A stretch of 64,000 bases of DNA from NCBI GenBank assembly GCA_000002445.1, contig CH464491.1, positions 1,760,001 to 1,824,000 of the forward strand. Reading direction: 5' to 3'. Below, piece by piece: positions 1 through 10,804 of the stretch. The position numbers and the translations under genes were made by a program. Below the pieces are notes generated by a model. It worked only from the letters and a program-made list of their open reading frames with translations, was not told the DNA's origin and searched no databases. Within the stretch, counting starts at the first letter, position 1. Every line of letters begins with the position of its first letter. This DNA comes from Trypanosoma brucei (taxonomy: Eukaryota).

Positions 1-476
1 GCCTGCAGCGCCTGGTCAAGCAATTGCTGTTGAGGTGCATGTGGAAGCACAAGGCACTCGTCCCCGGGACAGTCAGTTTCATCGTCTGAGGCTACAAAAC
101 CAAGTGAAGCCAGAAAAGTCGTAGCCCCGGGAACACAAAAGAGCTGAGACTGCAACTTGCTATTGTTGCACCGCAGTCGCCTGTACCTTGCTTCATTGGG
201 AAACTGCCGGAGGTTCCGAACAACCGTTTCTAGTATATCGTAGGCGCACTGCCGCTGTAATCGCCCGATTACATCTTCACCGAACCCGCTGATGTCTGCC
301 ACTTGCCTGGGGGGAGCGGTCTGCGGTGGTTGCGGACCCCTGCATTGCTCCGTTTCAATTGGTTGGCCGTGTCGCTTAATGGTGATATCCTTCGCAGCCT
401 TAAACTCCTCCTCGGTGAGGGCGCCACTCTTGAAGAGGTCTATCAGTTGCAGGAGCTCTCCAGAGAGGGATGACAT
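1..476 (-). CDS. PUB (PNGase/UBA-or-UBX) domain protein, N-terminal 158 aa only. The ORF is open through position 1, so the gene continues beyond the window.
   Basis: Hand translation of the reverse complement from ATG (plus 'cat' at 474-476) to position 1 shows no stop. The translation contains ...RNLRQFPNEARYRRLRCNNSKLQSQLFCVPGATTFLASLGFVASDDETDCPGDECLVLP, which matches the PUB-domain core (compare the human PNGase N-terminal PUB motif NPNDEKYRSIRIGNTAF...[21 protein letters not shown]). It is absent from the ORF track because its stop lies outside the window. Confidence 0.5.
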   Translation of the reverse strand, partial: MSSLSGELLQLIDLFKSGALTEEEFKAAKDITIKRHGQPIETEQCRGPQPPQTAPPRQVADISGFGEDVIGRLQRQCAYDILETVVRNLRQFPNEARYRRLRCNNSKLQSQLFCVPGATTFLASLGFVASDDETDCPGDECLVLPHAPQQQLLDQALQ

Positions 477-599
477 GATAGGCAGACACACCTTCTTTCT
501 TTTTTCCTTTTTACTACGTTGAGCTTCTTTTTCCTGACCACACACTCTCTTCACACCTCCTGTTGGGTTGTTCCAGAGCAACGTCGGAAGCCTCAGGAA

Positions 600-690
600 G
601 GTGCTGGAAGCCCAAATGAAAAGAATAACAAACAGGGGACGAACAACGTGTAACGAAGAAAACATTAACAGGGACGACAGTCTTGCAAGG
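600..690 (-). promoter_or_regulatory. Polypyrimidine tract on the coding strand upstream of the PUB-domain gene and downstream of the ATAD2-like stop, a candidate trans-splice and polyadenylation signal
   Basis: The plus strand is purine-rich (aaatgaaaagaataacaaacaggggacgaacaacgtgtaacgaagaaaacattaacagggacgacag). Confidence 0.3.
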
Positions 691-865
691 CACAACCCTG
701 TGGCACGGCGGCGTCTAGTGTTCCATCTTTCCCTCTCCCCTCGCTTAAAACCGCTCACGACCTCTTTATCCCCAAGCGCAGACGAAAAAGGGGGGGATCC
801 TTTCACACGCCTCTTATCAGATTCCAACCCCTTGGCCTCTTCTCGAACCGCTGGCACTTGCCACT

Positions 866-3800
866 TCATCCGTTTGAGCTTACCACCTCCACCTCCTGCA
901 CAGCCTTCAAAAGCATCCAAGAACAAAAGGTCATGGACGACTTGAAGGGAGAAACCTCACGCGAGGACGATGCCGGTTCAAATTCCGTGGTCTGCTGATG
1001 TTCTCCCCGCACACGCCTCATCTGAACCTCACTCTCCAACAGACGCATGGCCGCCTGCATGACAAGGTGTAGCCGCAGGAATGAAAACCCCCTTAACTTT
1101 AGGAGCATGACACCCATCCATTCATCCGCACTGCCGTATGTTCCATCAGGTGAGTGGTGTTCCGCCGCGTGTTCGGTGCCTTCGCCGTCTTCAGGTGCGA
1201 GTCCCGCGATGTCACACTGCTGTGGAAGCTCTACCTCCAGGCGTCTGGGAATACTTTCATCCACAGGTGCCCCGTCTACTTCCACCATTTCCTCTTCGAC
1301 CATTTTTTTGACTTCCACCTCCATGTTCTCCGTCTTCCTTCTAGCTTTCTCCTCTCGGTCATGGTTGTCGTCGCGGCTACCGCTGCTGCCCAGCACGTCT
1401 ATCTCCGCCTCGCGTGGTTGATCACGCTCCACATTTTCAACTGGCGCTTTCTTTTGGCAAGATCGACCACCGCGGTTTGCCGGACGGCGACGTCGTCTCA
1501 TGCCATAATATCTGGGCTTCTTCCTCTGCGTTGGAGTAGCGCCGGTTGTCCCTCTCTGCGGTGTTTTGGGTGGTTCTTGCAGCGCCTTATCAGCGGTAGA
1601 ACATGGCGGCGGGGCACCAGGCATTACAAGGTCCTTGTGTTTCTCGCAGAAAGAGACAACAGCACGATTGATCTTGTAAAGATTGAGCACAGTCAGCTCT
1701 TTAAGCTCGGAAGCGCGTACGCGATACCGTAGATCGAAGGCTGACACTGTGCGGAAAAACGATCTTACATTGTTAACTAACATATCAATGTCATTGTTAT
1801 ATTGCGATAAGCTAGTATACTCCTCGTTTTCAAGTTTCATCATCACATCCGAAAGACTAATCTGTCTTCCATTTGTGTGTTGTTGCCAGTGGTTGTAAAG
1901 GTCATGGGTCGGGGTCAGGTCGAGGTTCCGACTGACGAACACAGAAAACTTTTTGTTGTTTATATACTGTCCCACCCACTTTGTAAGTACGTGACGCAAC
2001 TGGCGCCTGCGAAAATCCACACGACGCCACAAGTCCACTTCATCAAGCCACGCCGCACGCACTTGTTTTGGCGATAGCGGAGGTGGTGGCGACAGATCTT
2101 CGGGAAGCTCTTGTAAATTAATGGGCGCGGATGTTTTTAGCGCAAGGTCCACCACACGGAGAAGATAACTCAAGAAGCGACGTAGGTCATCATCCGACGG
2201 CGTGCACGGCACCTCGCACACAGCCGTACGCAACTGTATACTAAGGCGATTGCCGGCAAAGAAGGTGGAGGACACATCGCGTCGAACAGTGGGTGCAATA
2301 ATGAGTGCATCCGTGTCGCGCAGGCAGTTTAGGTAGTAGCAAAGGTTATCCACATCGTTTGAGCGCCCGATGCCGCATTTGTTCCCACATCCGAAACTTG
2401 CGTCGACCTCGGGGGCGTGATCGGCCAGCCACTCCTCCAAGCCTTTCAGAATCACCAGCGAGGGGCCGCTGCAGCGCCTCACAGCCGCGATGCAACTATA
2501 AATGTGGCCTGTGTCGAAACGATTGCTGTCTCTGAGATCGTCTCCTCCCTCACCGCAGGTGAGGTTACCACTGAGTGGGCCAAGGTCGCCCGTGGTTCGA
2601 ACACCTAACAACCCCGAAGCGTCACGGTCCACCACGAGATGCGGAAGATAAAGCGTGAAAGCTCGAATCGACGGCAGTCCCTTCGTAAGAGCAATAGCTG
2701 CCTTCTGTACGGCAAACTCAGAGTCCTCACGGTCCGTTGCACAACCGACAGCTTCCGTTGTGAGAAAAAGCAGAAAGGGGTGCGCCACGTTACTTATTGG
2801 AAAACTGCTCAGCTCCCGTACTGCATCAGCGGAGTTGCTACAGTCTCTCTTCTCCTTTGCAAGGGCAGTCGAAGCACTCGGCCACCTCGCTGCGACAAAT
2901 GACAATAACTTGCATCGCGTACTGTTGAGCAGATGCTCAAGATGCTCATCAAGACCATCGCCTACAGCAGTCGTCACGCGTCTTGCGGAATTTTTCACCC
3001 GGTGCGCGGCGATAAAAAAATCTTCCCGCTGAACAATCAAAGCACCTTCGGGGATTTGTAACTTCTTGCTGGTGGTGTAGATCTGTGGCAGTGCCGTGCG
3101 CAACCGATTCAGACCTGCCTCCGTACACACCGCCTGTATCTCAGCCCCTGTCCATCCTGCGCACCGGTCGGTGAGCTCCTGCAGAATCTCCTCCCGATCA
3201 AGGCGGTCAGCGGGCAGCATAGGTTTCGTCACAATATCGAGGATATGCCGCCTGGCGGCTCCATCGGGTAGGGGAAAGTACAGTTCACGATCGAAGCGCC
3301 CGGGGCGTCGAAGTGCAGGGTCGATTGTGTCCGGCCGGTTGGTAGCGCCAATCACGACAACTCGGCCACGGTCATCGAGGCCGTCAATGAGCGCCAGCAG
3401 AGTAGCGACAAGGGCAGCTTGCGATTGCTCTGCCTTTGCGTGCCTTACGGGAACGAGGCCGTCCAACTCGTCGAAGAATATTATGCTTGGTTGCTGGCGC
3501 TTGGCCTCCTCAAACAGAAGAATTAGCTGCCGCTCTGCTTCTCCAACCCATTTGGAAAGGATATCAGCTCCCTTACGCATGAAAAATGTTATTTTTTGGT
3601 TGGCATGGAGCATACCCTCATTGGCGAGCGCTCGCGCCATGAGAGTTTTCCCCGTTCCCGGTGGGCCAACAAAGAGCACACCTCGTGGAGGGGAGAGACT
3701 CATCGCCTGCAACATTCCTGGGTACATCAGTGGTAACAGAACCATTTCACGTAACAACACAATGTGTCCAGAAAGACCTCCAACCTTCTCAAAAGTAACA

Positions 3801-4681
3801 GATGTGTCAAGATTCAGTGGTGTGATATCCCCAAGTGCATTGTTATTGCCCTCTTTTGAGAGACCCGGTTCGCGGCGGTGGGCGGCATCGTCAGCCCCAC
3901 TCAATCCCAACAAAACATCTTCTGTACGGCGCTGACGGCTTCCGCGCGATGCCCCGAACAACCCCTTCTTGTCTTCCAGTGAGGTTTCCTTTATTTCGGC
4001 GCTGAGGTAGTGATTGATGGGTTTGTTCTTGCTTACGCACACCTTAGCGTTTTTCTTCGCCCGCTGCACCTCACAGTCGCTCAGTGGTTCTTCCGAGGAT
4101 AGGTCCAAGGACGAGTGCTCGAATAATAAACCTCCAGCCTCCTCTTCGGGTGAGCCCCGACGAAGAGACTCATCTGTGATGGAAGAGTCAACGGACTCGT
4201 CGCGATCCCGTTTGCGTGTCACAACTTTACCCGGAGTACCATTACACCTGAATCTGCCATGCGGCACCTTCCGAGTGGGGGTTCCATCCGTATGCATAGC
4301 ACATCTGTCGTTGCCGTCGCTGTCATCCGATGACTCGGACGGTCCCGCCCCACTCCCATCAAGCAACTCCAGTGTGTCACTCAGTTTGGTCACCGCCCGC
4401 TTGGCCGCATCCCTCTCGGGATAGCGAGTGTTGATTTGGAGTTCCTGTACAGCAGGCTGTTTAGACCGCCGTGTCAGCGCCTCAGAGACATACAGAGAGT
4501 CATATGTTGGGGCCGCCGGTCGCGGAATACGGCAACCGCGCCCAAGAGGTTCTTCCCGTGGCGGGGTTTGGGGTGCATTGGTTATGAAGTTAGAAAATTT
4601 GTTGGCATTAGTAGTGTGTGGGCCGGCGTCACCAGTGTGGAGTTGTGCGCTTAATTTCGTTTGGGAGCGGGTCACAACCAT
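866..4681 (-). CDS. ATAD2/Yta7-like AAA+ ATPase with a C-terminal bromodomain (1271 aa)
   Basis: ATG confirmed at 4679-4681. Walker A GVLFVGPPGTGKTLMARALANE is at about aa 340 and Walker B IIFFDELDGLVPVR follows. The whole AAA block (FFMRKGADILSKWVGEAERQLILLFEEA...VVIGATNRPDTIDPALRRPGRFDRELYFPLPD) is near-colinear with human ATAD2 AAA-D1. A bromodomain-like segment lies at about aa 900-1020 (FSVFVSRN...LYNHW...ISLSDVMMKLENEEYTSLSQYNNDIDMLVNNVRSFF), roughly nt 1600-2000. The protein ends in a long basic-then-acidic tail. Confidence 0.85.
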   Translation of the reverse strand: MVVTRSQTKLSAQLHTGDAGPHTTNANKFSNFITNAPQTPPREEPLGRGCRIPRPAAPTYDSLYVSEALTRRSKQPAVQELQINTRYPERDAAKRAVTKLSDTLELLDGSGAGPSESSDDSDGNDRCAMHTDGTPTRKVPHGRFRCNGTPGKVVTRKRDRDESVDSSITDESLRRGSPEEEAGGLLFEHSSLDLSSEEPLSDCEVQRAKKNAKVCVSKNKPINHYLSAEIKETSLEDKKGLFGASRGSRQRRTEDVLLGLSGADDAAHRREPGLSKEGNNNALGDITPLNLDTSVTFEKVGGLSGHIVLLREMVLLPLMYPGMLQAMSLSPPRGVLFVGPPGTGKTLMARALANEGMLHANQKITFFMRKGADILSKWVGEAERQLILLFEEAKRQQPSIIFFDELDGLVPVRHAKAEQSQAALVATLLALIDGLDDRGRVVVIGATNRPDTIDPALRRPGRFDRELYFPLPDGAARRHILDIVTKPMLPADRLDREEILQELTDRCAGWTGAEIQAVCTEAGLNRLRTALPQIYTTSKKLQIPEGALIVQREDFFIAAHRVKNSARRVTTAVGDGLDEHLEHLLNSTRCKLLSFVAARWPSASTALAKEKRDCSNSADAVRELSSFPISNVAHPFLLFLTTEAVGCATDREDSEFAVQKAAIALTKGLPSIRAFTLYLPHLVVDRDASGLLGVRTTGDLGPLSGNLTCGEGGDDLRDSNRFDTGHIYSCIAAVRRCSGPSLVILKGLEEWLADHAPEVDASFGCGNKCGIGRSNDVDNLCYYLNCLRDTDALIIAPTVRRDVSSTFFAGNRLSIQLRTAVCEVPCTPSDDDLRRFLSYLLRVVDLALKTSAPINLQELPEDLSPPPPLSPKQVRAAWLDEVDLWRRVDFRRRQLRHVLTKWVGQYINNKKFSVFVSRNLDLTPTHDLYNHWQQHTNGRQISLSDVMMKLENEEYTSLSQYNNDIDMLVNNVRSFFRTVSAFDLRYRVRASELKELTVLNLYKINRAVVSFCEKHKDLVMPGAPPPCSTADKALQEPPKTPQRGTTGATPTQRKKPRYYGMRRRRRPANRGGRSCQKKAPVENVERDQPREAEIDVLGSSGSRDDNHDREEKARRKTENMEVEVKKMVEEEMVEVDGAPVDESIPRRLEVELPQQCDIAGLAPEDGEGTEHAAEHHSPDGTYGSADEWMGVMLLKLRGFSFLRLHLVMQAAMRLLESEVQMRRVRGEHQQTTEFEPASSSREVSPFKSSMTFCSWMLLKAVQEVEVVSSNG

Positions 4682-5327
4682 TCCCCCCCCTCAGGCCCGT
4701 CACGTAGCCCAGAGCAGTCAGAGAAAGTGAAGACTTTGCCTCCCTCTACTACAGTGCTACAAGGAAAGTGCATGATGTACGGAAGAAAACAAACGAATAG
4801 TAAAAGGAGGAAGAAACAAAGTTATAGTGTCAGTACAGGCACCGAAAACGCTGTGAGAATGGGGGAAGTTTTGAGGGTGAAAGCGTGAAGGGAGATACCG
4901 AAAAACTAAGCGAACACTAAGGGAAAAGAGAAGTCAACTTCACCACCACAATAACACTGGTTGAAGCGACTTGCAAGCACCGTGCTTTGCATACCACAAA
5001 CTGAAAGAAAGCACGACTCACTACCACACGAATTAAGTTGTTCAGAAACTAGGGATTTCAGCGGATACACCCTTTTTCCCGATACCACTCAACTACTGTT
5101 GTTGCTGTCTGTCGCTTCGTAGTGTGATGTTATTGCACAGCGGTGCCCCTTTGGAATCGCTTTGACTCCACCGGTGGTTCCTCCCCGTTTGTTTACCTGA
5201 TATTAACACACAATTATGATAATATATAAATGTATTCATACATTTATGCGTACTACAGAAAGGGGAAACGTGCGAAATTAACTAAAGAGGTGATCATTAT
5301 TGGTGGATCCTTAACCACACGCTCCCT

Positions 5328-5903
5328 TCAGTGACGACTCTTCACGGAAGTATTTGTGGGGGCACCGGCGGCCCTCTCCATCTCCCGCCGCTTCTGCGCT
5401 CGCTTACGTGCGGCCTCGCGTCGCTGCTGCTTCTTCACTTCTGCCTCCTGCTGCACCGCCACAAGATCATCACGCGCCTTGTGTTTAACCTCCGTGTCCT
5501 CAATCCAATCAATGTTGTGCTTAAGTGCAGACGCGGCGTCACGGCGCTCTTGCAGGTGTGCCCTCTCCATACGCCGCTCCCAAAGCGCCTCTTGTCGACT
5601 CTGCTTAATGCGCTCCACACGTTTCATAACCTTCAAGGTGTTATGAAGCAGCTCCCGGTTATACTTAACGGGGACGTGGCGACGCTGCTCAAAGTCCATC
5701 GTGCTATCTACGGCAAGTTCCTTGCCATTGGCTTTACGAAACGTCTTGGTCCATTTGAGCTTCATTGGGTTACGCTTCATACCAAAGTTCTTTCGGCACT
5801 TGGAGGCGCAGAAACGAAATATTTTACAATCATTGCGCACAAACATCTGACCATGACCGGGGTATATCGGTGCACCGCAGAATGAACACTGCTCAATCCT
5901 CAT
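5328..5903 (-). CDS. RLP24: Ribosome biogenesis protein RLP24 (L24e-like, TRASH zinc-ribbon), 191 aa
   Basis: ATG confirmed at 5901-5903. The N-terminus [46 protein letters not shown] matches the RLP24/L24e consensus (MRIEKCYFCSxPIYPGHG...FRFCxSKCxKNF). It has the expected basic lysine/arginine-rich C-terminal tail. Confidence 0.9.
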   Translation of the reverse strand: MRIEQCSFCGAPIYPGHGQMFVRNDCKIFRFCASKCRKNFGMKRNPMKLKWTKTFRKANGKELAVDSTMDFEQRRHVPVKYNRELLHNTLKVMKRVERIKQSRQEALWERRMERAHLQERRDAASALKHNIDWIEDTEVKHKARDDLVAVQQEAEVKKQQRREAARKRAQKRREMERAAGAPTNTSVKSRH

Positions 5904-6707
5904 TGTAAAATCTACTTGCTACCACTAAGACTCCCTCTTTTCCTTTTTCGTTTCTTTTTAGCCTCCTCTCCCTTTCTTTCCAGCTACGCGCTACACGTGG
6001 TAAGGGGATAAAAGTAAAGGAAGAAAAAGACAGAGTTGGGATAAACATGAAAACACGTTCCTCTTAGTTGTGATAAAGGCAGCGGTGACTGAAGATGCAA
6101 AGATTACCCATATATGGATGTGTATTTCGATATACATGCGTACATGAAGTAGCTATTCTTTTTTTTTCAATACAACGGCGACCCAACAACAGTTTGTGCG
6201 TGCACAAAAGGAATGGAAAGCTTCTTTTTTAAAAAAATCTCCCCTGATGTGGAAAGAAAAGGTACCACAACTGAAGCGGAAGCCAGTGAGGAAAAAAAAG
6301 GAAACAGAGTACACGTAACCACGCGTTTTGCCTTCCTCTAGCTTCTAAGTCGGTGTGTAAACCATTAAATAATTCTAATCCAAGAGATGCAACGCCATTT
6401 GCTACACGACAAACTCAAGTAGTTTGGCCTTTCCTGACGATTTAATTTCTATTAAATGGCTCTCGGGAAATGGGAAAAGAAAACAGCTGCTTGAAGACCA
6501 TGTTCTTCTTCATTCTTTCTTTTGTCTTTTTTTTTTACTTTTTCTTCCACATCCGGAAAGTAAAAAAAAAAAGAAAAATACTCACAAATACAAGTACGAA
6601 TACATCCATCATCCCAAACGGTAGCAGCCACCTCTCGTGTACATGTCAAAATTTAAGTAAATGAAAAAGAAAGGAACACGTAGGGCGACCGGAACACGCG
6701 GTTGTTG

Positions 6708-9347
6708 TTAAACCTGAGGAGCCATCAGTGCGTTCAACAGCAGGCACTGCTTTATTTCCTCCACGGTCCTTCCACCCACATCCGCGCCGGCATCCCCATC
6801 AGCACTTTCCTCACTCTTCATGGCTGACCGCTGCAGGTCGCAGTTAATATCAAGCAGTGAAGGACACTGATGTACCGTCTCATGCATTAATTTCAGAAGT
6901 GGAATCTGCTGCTGCTGGCGGTCAGTTGGCGCATCCAGTGCCGCATCACGACCCACAGGAAATATGACGCCACCACTCGTGGTGGTGGCCGGGTATGTAG
7001 AGGATATGTAAAATACCTCAATTCCACTTTTTTGGGGCAGTGCCCGCACCATGTTGTTGATATCACACTGCTTGATCTCGTGATTTCCGCACAAGTTTAT
7101 GCGACGCAATTTCCCCTTGCTTCCGTGGTCCTCGCAGAGCCTTGCGAGAATTGGCCCATGCACATCCTCAAAGTCATTAAAGCTCAGATTGACATCTTCA
7201 AGCGAAGGATGATTGTTGAAGACGTCCACCAGTCTTTCCACATTTTTCATCTGCGCCTGCGGGTCCTCGCAGTACTGAGGTTTGCGCGAACCCAACAAGT
7301 TGTGGGAAAGATCTAACTCCGCCAAATATGTGTTGCTTGAGACACCAGGAACTACCACAGAGGCGTCTGTAATGGCATTGTGCGCCAAAGTAAGCCGCTG
7401 TAATACGGGTGAACTAATCATTAGGTGGGTTAGAGCGTCAACAGCATTATCGATATTGTTGCGTGAGAGATTCACATCAACAAGTGATATTGGCATCGAC
7501 GCAGCGGATGGAAACAAGACATTCAGACCCGATGATCGGATGTTGTTGTTAGCAAGATTCAGAACGCGTAGTGTGGGACGCCTGTTACACATGGCAGTAC
7601 TATAGAGCGCGGCAGCAACAAATCCCAACGCTGTCGTATCATGCGGTGCCGCAACGTCCCCACAAATGTCATTGCTCTCAAGATCTAGTTCCTCCAGCGA
7701 GGATACAGTTGCAATGGTACTCAACAGGGCAGAAGCTAAGGTTGTTCCTAGGTAATTCCCGGCAACTGACAACCGGCGCAGCCTGCCATTTTCCCTCAAC
7801 GCTGCAGCCGTCGCTTGCATAGCCGCTAGAGCCATTTTTTGTTGGGCCTTGCTTGTTTTCTTCCCAGCGAGTTGGTTCCGACGTAATATAAGCGTGTTAA
7901 GGACAGTTTTTTGAGACGACAGCAGCACCTTCGAAATGTAGTGCAGGCCATGAAAGCCTATGCCGTTATCCGTAAGGTCGAGGACCTCAACGGAATGGTT
8001 TTCGGCAAGTGCTGTGGCGACCATATGAGCCCCTACAGGGCCTAACAGGTTACCTGAAAGATCCAACACACGTAACCTGTGGTAATGCCGGAGTGGGCCC
8101 ATAAGGTGCCAAAGCGGCAAGTCTTGCCAGCTCTCAACGTCTACAGTGGTTGCGTCATTTTCAGGGTCTAGCTCATTCACTTCGACAGGTGGCGCTTCCT
8201 CACCTTCCCCACCACTGTGGATATCGTTGTGAGCTAGCCTCAAGCAGCGCAAAAATTTGTTCTTCTTAAGCACCTCACTGATCGCCTCCAAACCGCTGTA
8301 TTCTTCACCAAAGACGGGATCATCAGGCTGATGCTCCGGGTCCTCATCGGTGTCTGGTGAAGGGGTCCCCAACTGATTATCAGAAAGGTCCAGCGCTACG
8401 ATGGAAATGTTTTTCGTGAGAGCTTTGGCGATTACACCAAATCCAAACGGCCCCAACATGTTACTGCTAAGGTCCAGTACTTTAATGGTTTCATTGGCGT
8501 CGATAACCTTCGCCAGCATACGCAACGGAACGAGAGAGACACGTTCGTCCTCGTTGGGTGCGCACAGTTGATTGTGGTCAAGCAGCAGCACCCGAATCTT
8601 TGTGTCATTCATGAGTATTTTACATATGTTGCGAAACGCGTCTAGTTCATACGCGGCCCGCTGGCGGATTGCGTCGTCGTAGGTTGTGTATTGCACCTCC
8701 TGACTTTGGCACCAAGCCATCAGCTCCTCATTGATGGAGTAATCAGTTTCGTCTTCCATTTCTTCTTCCTCTGTATCCTCTGTGCCATCATCACTACCCT
8801 TAGCAGGTTTCGGCGCCGGGAGTGGGAATCGTTGCATTAACTCATTTATCTTCGCCACCACTGTCGATGGTGGAGCCTCGGCATGGTTGTGTGGCATGAC
8901 GGCCCCGTCACCTAGGTTAAGACAAGTAACATTGGAGTTGTAAAGAGTCATGAGTCGCTCAAGTCTTTGTACATCATCAAAGGTCATGACGGGGTGTGGC
9001 TTAAGGTGATGTATATAGGGCAAAACCACCCGCAGCGCCTCCAGCTGACCTTCATCTGGCAAAGCAACCGGCACCTGAAGGCCGTAACCCGCAACGGCAG
9101 CAGCGTCAGCACCGCTGATGGAGGAAAGCACCTCCCGCATTGCGCGCTCAGCAGTGGATGGTATAACCCACTTTGCAGGCGGAAGTGCGAGCGGGATGCT
9201 ATTAGGGTTGATGGGCTGGTTGCTAGAAACATGAGCCCTAATTGTAGCGCCGTGTAGTGCTCGCGCAAGTTGTGCTGCTCTAATCGCAGCGTAGAGGCCT
9301 TCATCGCCGGCGAATCGGGACTCGCCCGTCGGCGTCACAAACAGCAT
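6708..9347 (-). CDS. Leucine-rich-repeat protein with RNI (ribonuclease-inhibitor)-type LRRs, 879 aa
   Basis: ATG confirmed. There are repeated 24-29-aa units of the form LxxLDLSxNxLGxxG (LDLSSNMLGPFG, LDLSDNQLGTP, LDLSGNLLGPVG, LNLANNNIRSSG, LDLSHNLLGSR). An acidic insert DDGTEDTEEEEMEDETD is also present. Confidence 0.75.
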   Translation of the reverse strand: MLFVTPTGESRFAGDEGLYAAIRAAQLARALHGATIRAHVSSNQPINPNSIPLALPPAKWVIPSTAERAMREVLSSISGADAAAVAGYGLQVPVALPDEGQLEALRVVLPYIHHLKPHPVMTFDDVQRLERLMTLYNSNVTCLNLGDGAVMPHNHAEAPPSTVVAKINELMQRFPLPAPKPAKGSDDGTEDTEEEEMEDETDYSINEELMAWCQSQEVQYTTYDDAIRQRAAYELDAFRNICKILMNDTKIRVLLLDHNQLCAPNEDERVSLVPLRMLAKVIDANETIKVLDLSSNMLGPFGFGVIAKALTKNISIVALDLSDNQLGTPSPDTDEDPEHQPDDPVFGEEYSGLEAISEVLKKNKFLRCLRLAHNDIHSGGEGEEAPPVEVNELDPENDATTVDVESWQDLPLWHLMGPLRHYHRLRVLDLSGNLLGPVGAHMVATALAENHSVEVLDLTDNGIGFHGLHYISKVLLSSQKTVLNTLILRRNQLAGKKTSKAQQKMALAAMQATAAALRENGRLRRLSVAGNYLGTTLASALLSTIATVSSLEELDLESNDICGDVAAPHDTTALGFVAAALYSTAMCNRRPTLRVLNLANNNIRSSGLNVLFPSAASMPISLVDVNLSRNNIDNAVDALTHLMISSPVLQRLTLAHNAITDASVVVPGVSSNTYLAELDLSHNLLGSRKPQYCEDPQAQMKNVERLVDVFNNHPSLEDVNLSFNDFEDVHGPILARLCEDHGSKGKLRRINLCGNHEIKQCDINNMVRALPQKSGIEVFYISSTYPATTTSGGVIFPVGRDAALDAPTDRQQQQIPLLKLMHETVHQCPSLLDINCDLQRSAMKSEESADGDAGADVGGRTVEEIKQCLLLNALMAPQV

Positions 9348-9913
9348 TAGGTGCGGATGAGCTGCCTTGCTGTATCTAAAAAGGTTATTTGTCAGTATGT
9401 ATGTTCTTTCCCTCTGCTACTTGAGAGAACAAGGCCACTGTTTTCACTTCCCTATGAAGCGCTTGGTGGCGGGTAAGGAAATGGTGACAAGTACGTAGTT
9501 CACTAACGGGAGATACGAAGGGGAGAAAGAAAAGATATAAGAAACAGGTAAGGCACTGATGGGAAGGAATTTGGCACTCAAATGAGACAGAAAACAAAAG
9601 GATCAAATCGAAGAGGAAAAAAAAAACAGGAACAAAGCCATCGAAACCAACGACACCGGTAAATAGGAGTCGTTTGTTGAGTTGAACGTTTTCCACCACT
9701 GGGGGTAAATATATAACTGTGTTAATTTTTCTAAATGCACAAACTGAACTGGTGCTTAACTCACATAGCGTCACTCGCCTTCAAGCATCCCTACCCGTTC
9801 CCGTTACTCGATAACGAGTGAAAACGCATTTAACAATTAGATGCCCAGTCGCATACTAATTCTCAGCTCCACCAATGAGATGGAAACAAATACACGACGG
9901 AAACAAGCATCCT

Positions 9914-10804
9914 CTACACAGAAAGCCACTGGACTCCATCGTCTCGCACTTCTCCCTTAACACGAGAGAACACGAAATTATCATCGTGGGCGAGTAAATT
10001 TCGCAGATAAACGTCGTGGTGATCTGACGGCCGATGCGGTCGCAAAGGATCTGGTTGGATCTGCTGTAATACATACAACGCCCGACCGCAGCGCCGCCTG
10101 TGCTCCCGTTCAAGCCGCTTCAGCACTTCGGCATGGGAATCTACAGTCTGAGTGAAATCGCTCTTCCGTGACGCCGGGGACGCGAAGCGAAGTGTTACGA
10201 GACCACCCTTCAGTATCGGAGGTGTTACGGGCCAGCTTCCGCCGTTCGCAGTGGCCCTGGAAGCCGTGGGTGCGGAGGGATCCAAAACTTTTGTAGGCGT
10301 CTCAGAGTTATCGCCAAGATTTTCCGCGATCACAGTATTTACCGGATTGCAGAGGGTTGAATACCCCGCGACTGCCTGCGGGGATGGCGCAGTACGACGT
10401 GATGGGCACCCTTTCAGTTTTTTACCCCCATTATGACAATCCCCCGCCATCAACTCTCCTTCTACAGCTGTATGACCGACTTGACAGAAAAAAGGAGGAA
10501 CAGGCAGGTTCACATCTGTTGTTGCCCCGCACTGCGACCCCGCTTCACTGGTGAAAGCAGTACTTCTTCGTACAGTAGCCGCGTATGAGTCCTTATCAAT
10601 ACTTGGAGGAGTATGACTGGACATCTCACGGGACCGCATCCTTCTCTTGTTACCTGACTTCTCAATGCTAGGCCGACTTGAATATCCAGGGCCATGGGGC
10701 CAACAATAGTCTGACCATGATGCGCCGCATCTATCTCTTTGGCATGAATGAGATGAGCAGCTAAAGCGCGTAGAAGTGCCGGCGGAAGTGCCACTCCTAT
10801 GCAT
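9914..10804 (-). CDS. Hypothetical protein rich in Ser/Arg/Pro. The track start at 10897 is GTG; the first in-frame ATG is at 10804.
   Basis: The ORF is in the same orientation as the flanking genes, but I see no recognisable domain. Its composition is also what a spurious GC-rich frame would give, so coding status is uncertain. Confidence 0.35.
   Translation of the reverse strand: MHRSGTSAGTSTRFSCSSHSCQRDRCGASWSDYCWPHGPGYSSRPSIEKSGNKRRMRSREMSSHTPPSIDKDSYAATVRRSTAFTSEAGSQCGATTDVNLPVPPFFCQVGHTAVEGELMAGDCHNGGKKLKGCPSRRTAPSPQAVAGYSTLCNPVNTVIAENLGDNSETPTKVLDPSAPTASRATANGGSWPVTPPILKGGLVTLRFASPASRKSDFTQTVDSHAEVLKRLEREHRRRCGRALYVLQQIQPDPLRPHRPSDHHDVYLRNLLAHDDNFVFSRVKGEVRDDGVQWLSV

Noticed and set aside
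2585-2600. A tRNA T-loop-like ggttcgaac string, and a general search for tRNA, rRNA, snoRNA and SL-RNA genes
   Set aside because: The motif sits inside the ATAD2-like CDS with no flanking acceptor or anticodon stem complementarity. I found no convincing RNA gene by eye. This cannot be excluded without a covariance-model scan.
3096-3935. A 279-aa plus-strand ORF, along with many other plus-strand ORFs such as 46389-47129, 29392-30225, 26592-27209 and 5331-5885
   Set aside because: Each lies antisense inside a longer, domain-bearing minus-strand gene. Their translations are low-complexity Arg/Ser/Pro-rich strings typical of the reverse frames of GC-rich coding sequence, with no recognisable motifs.
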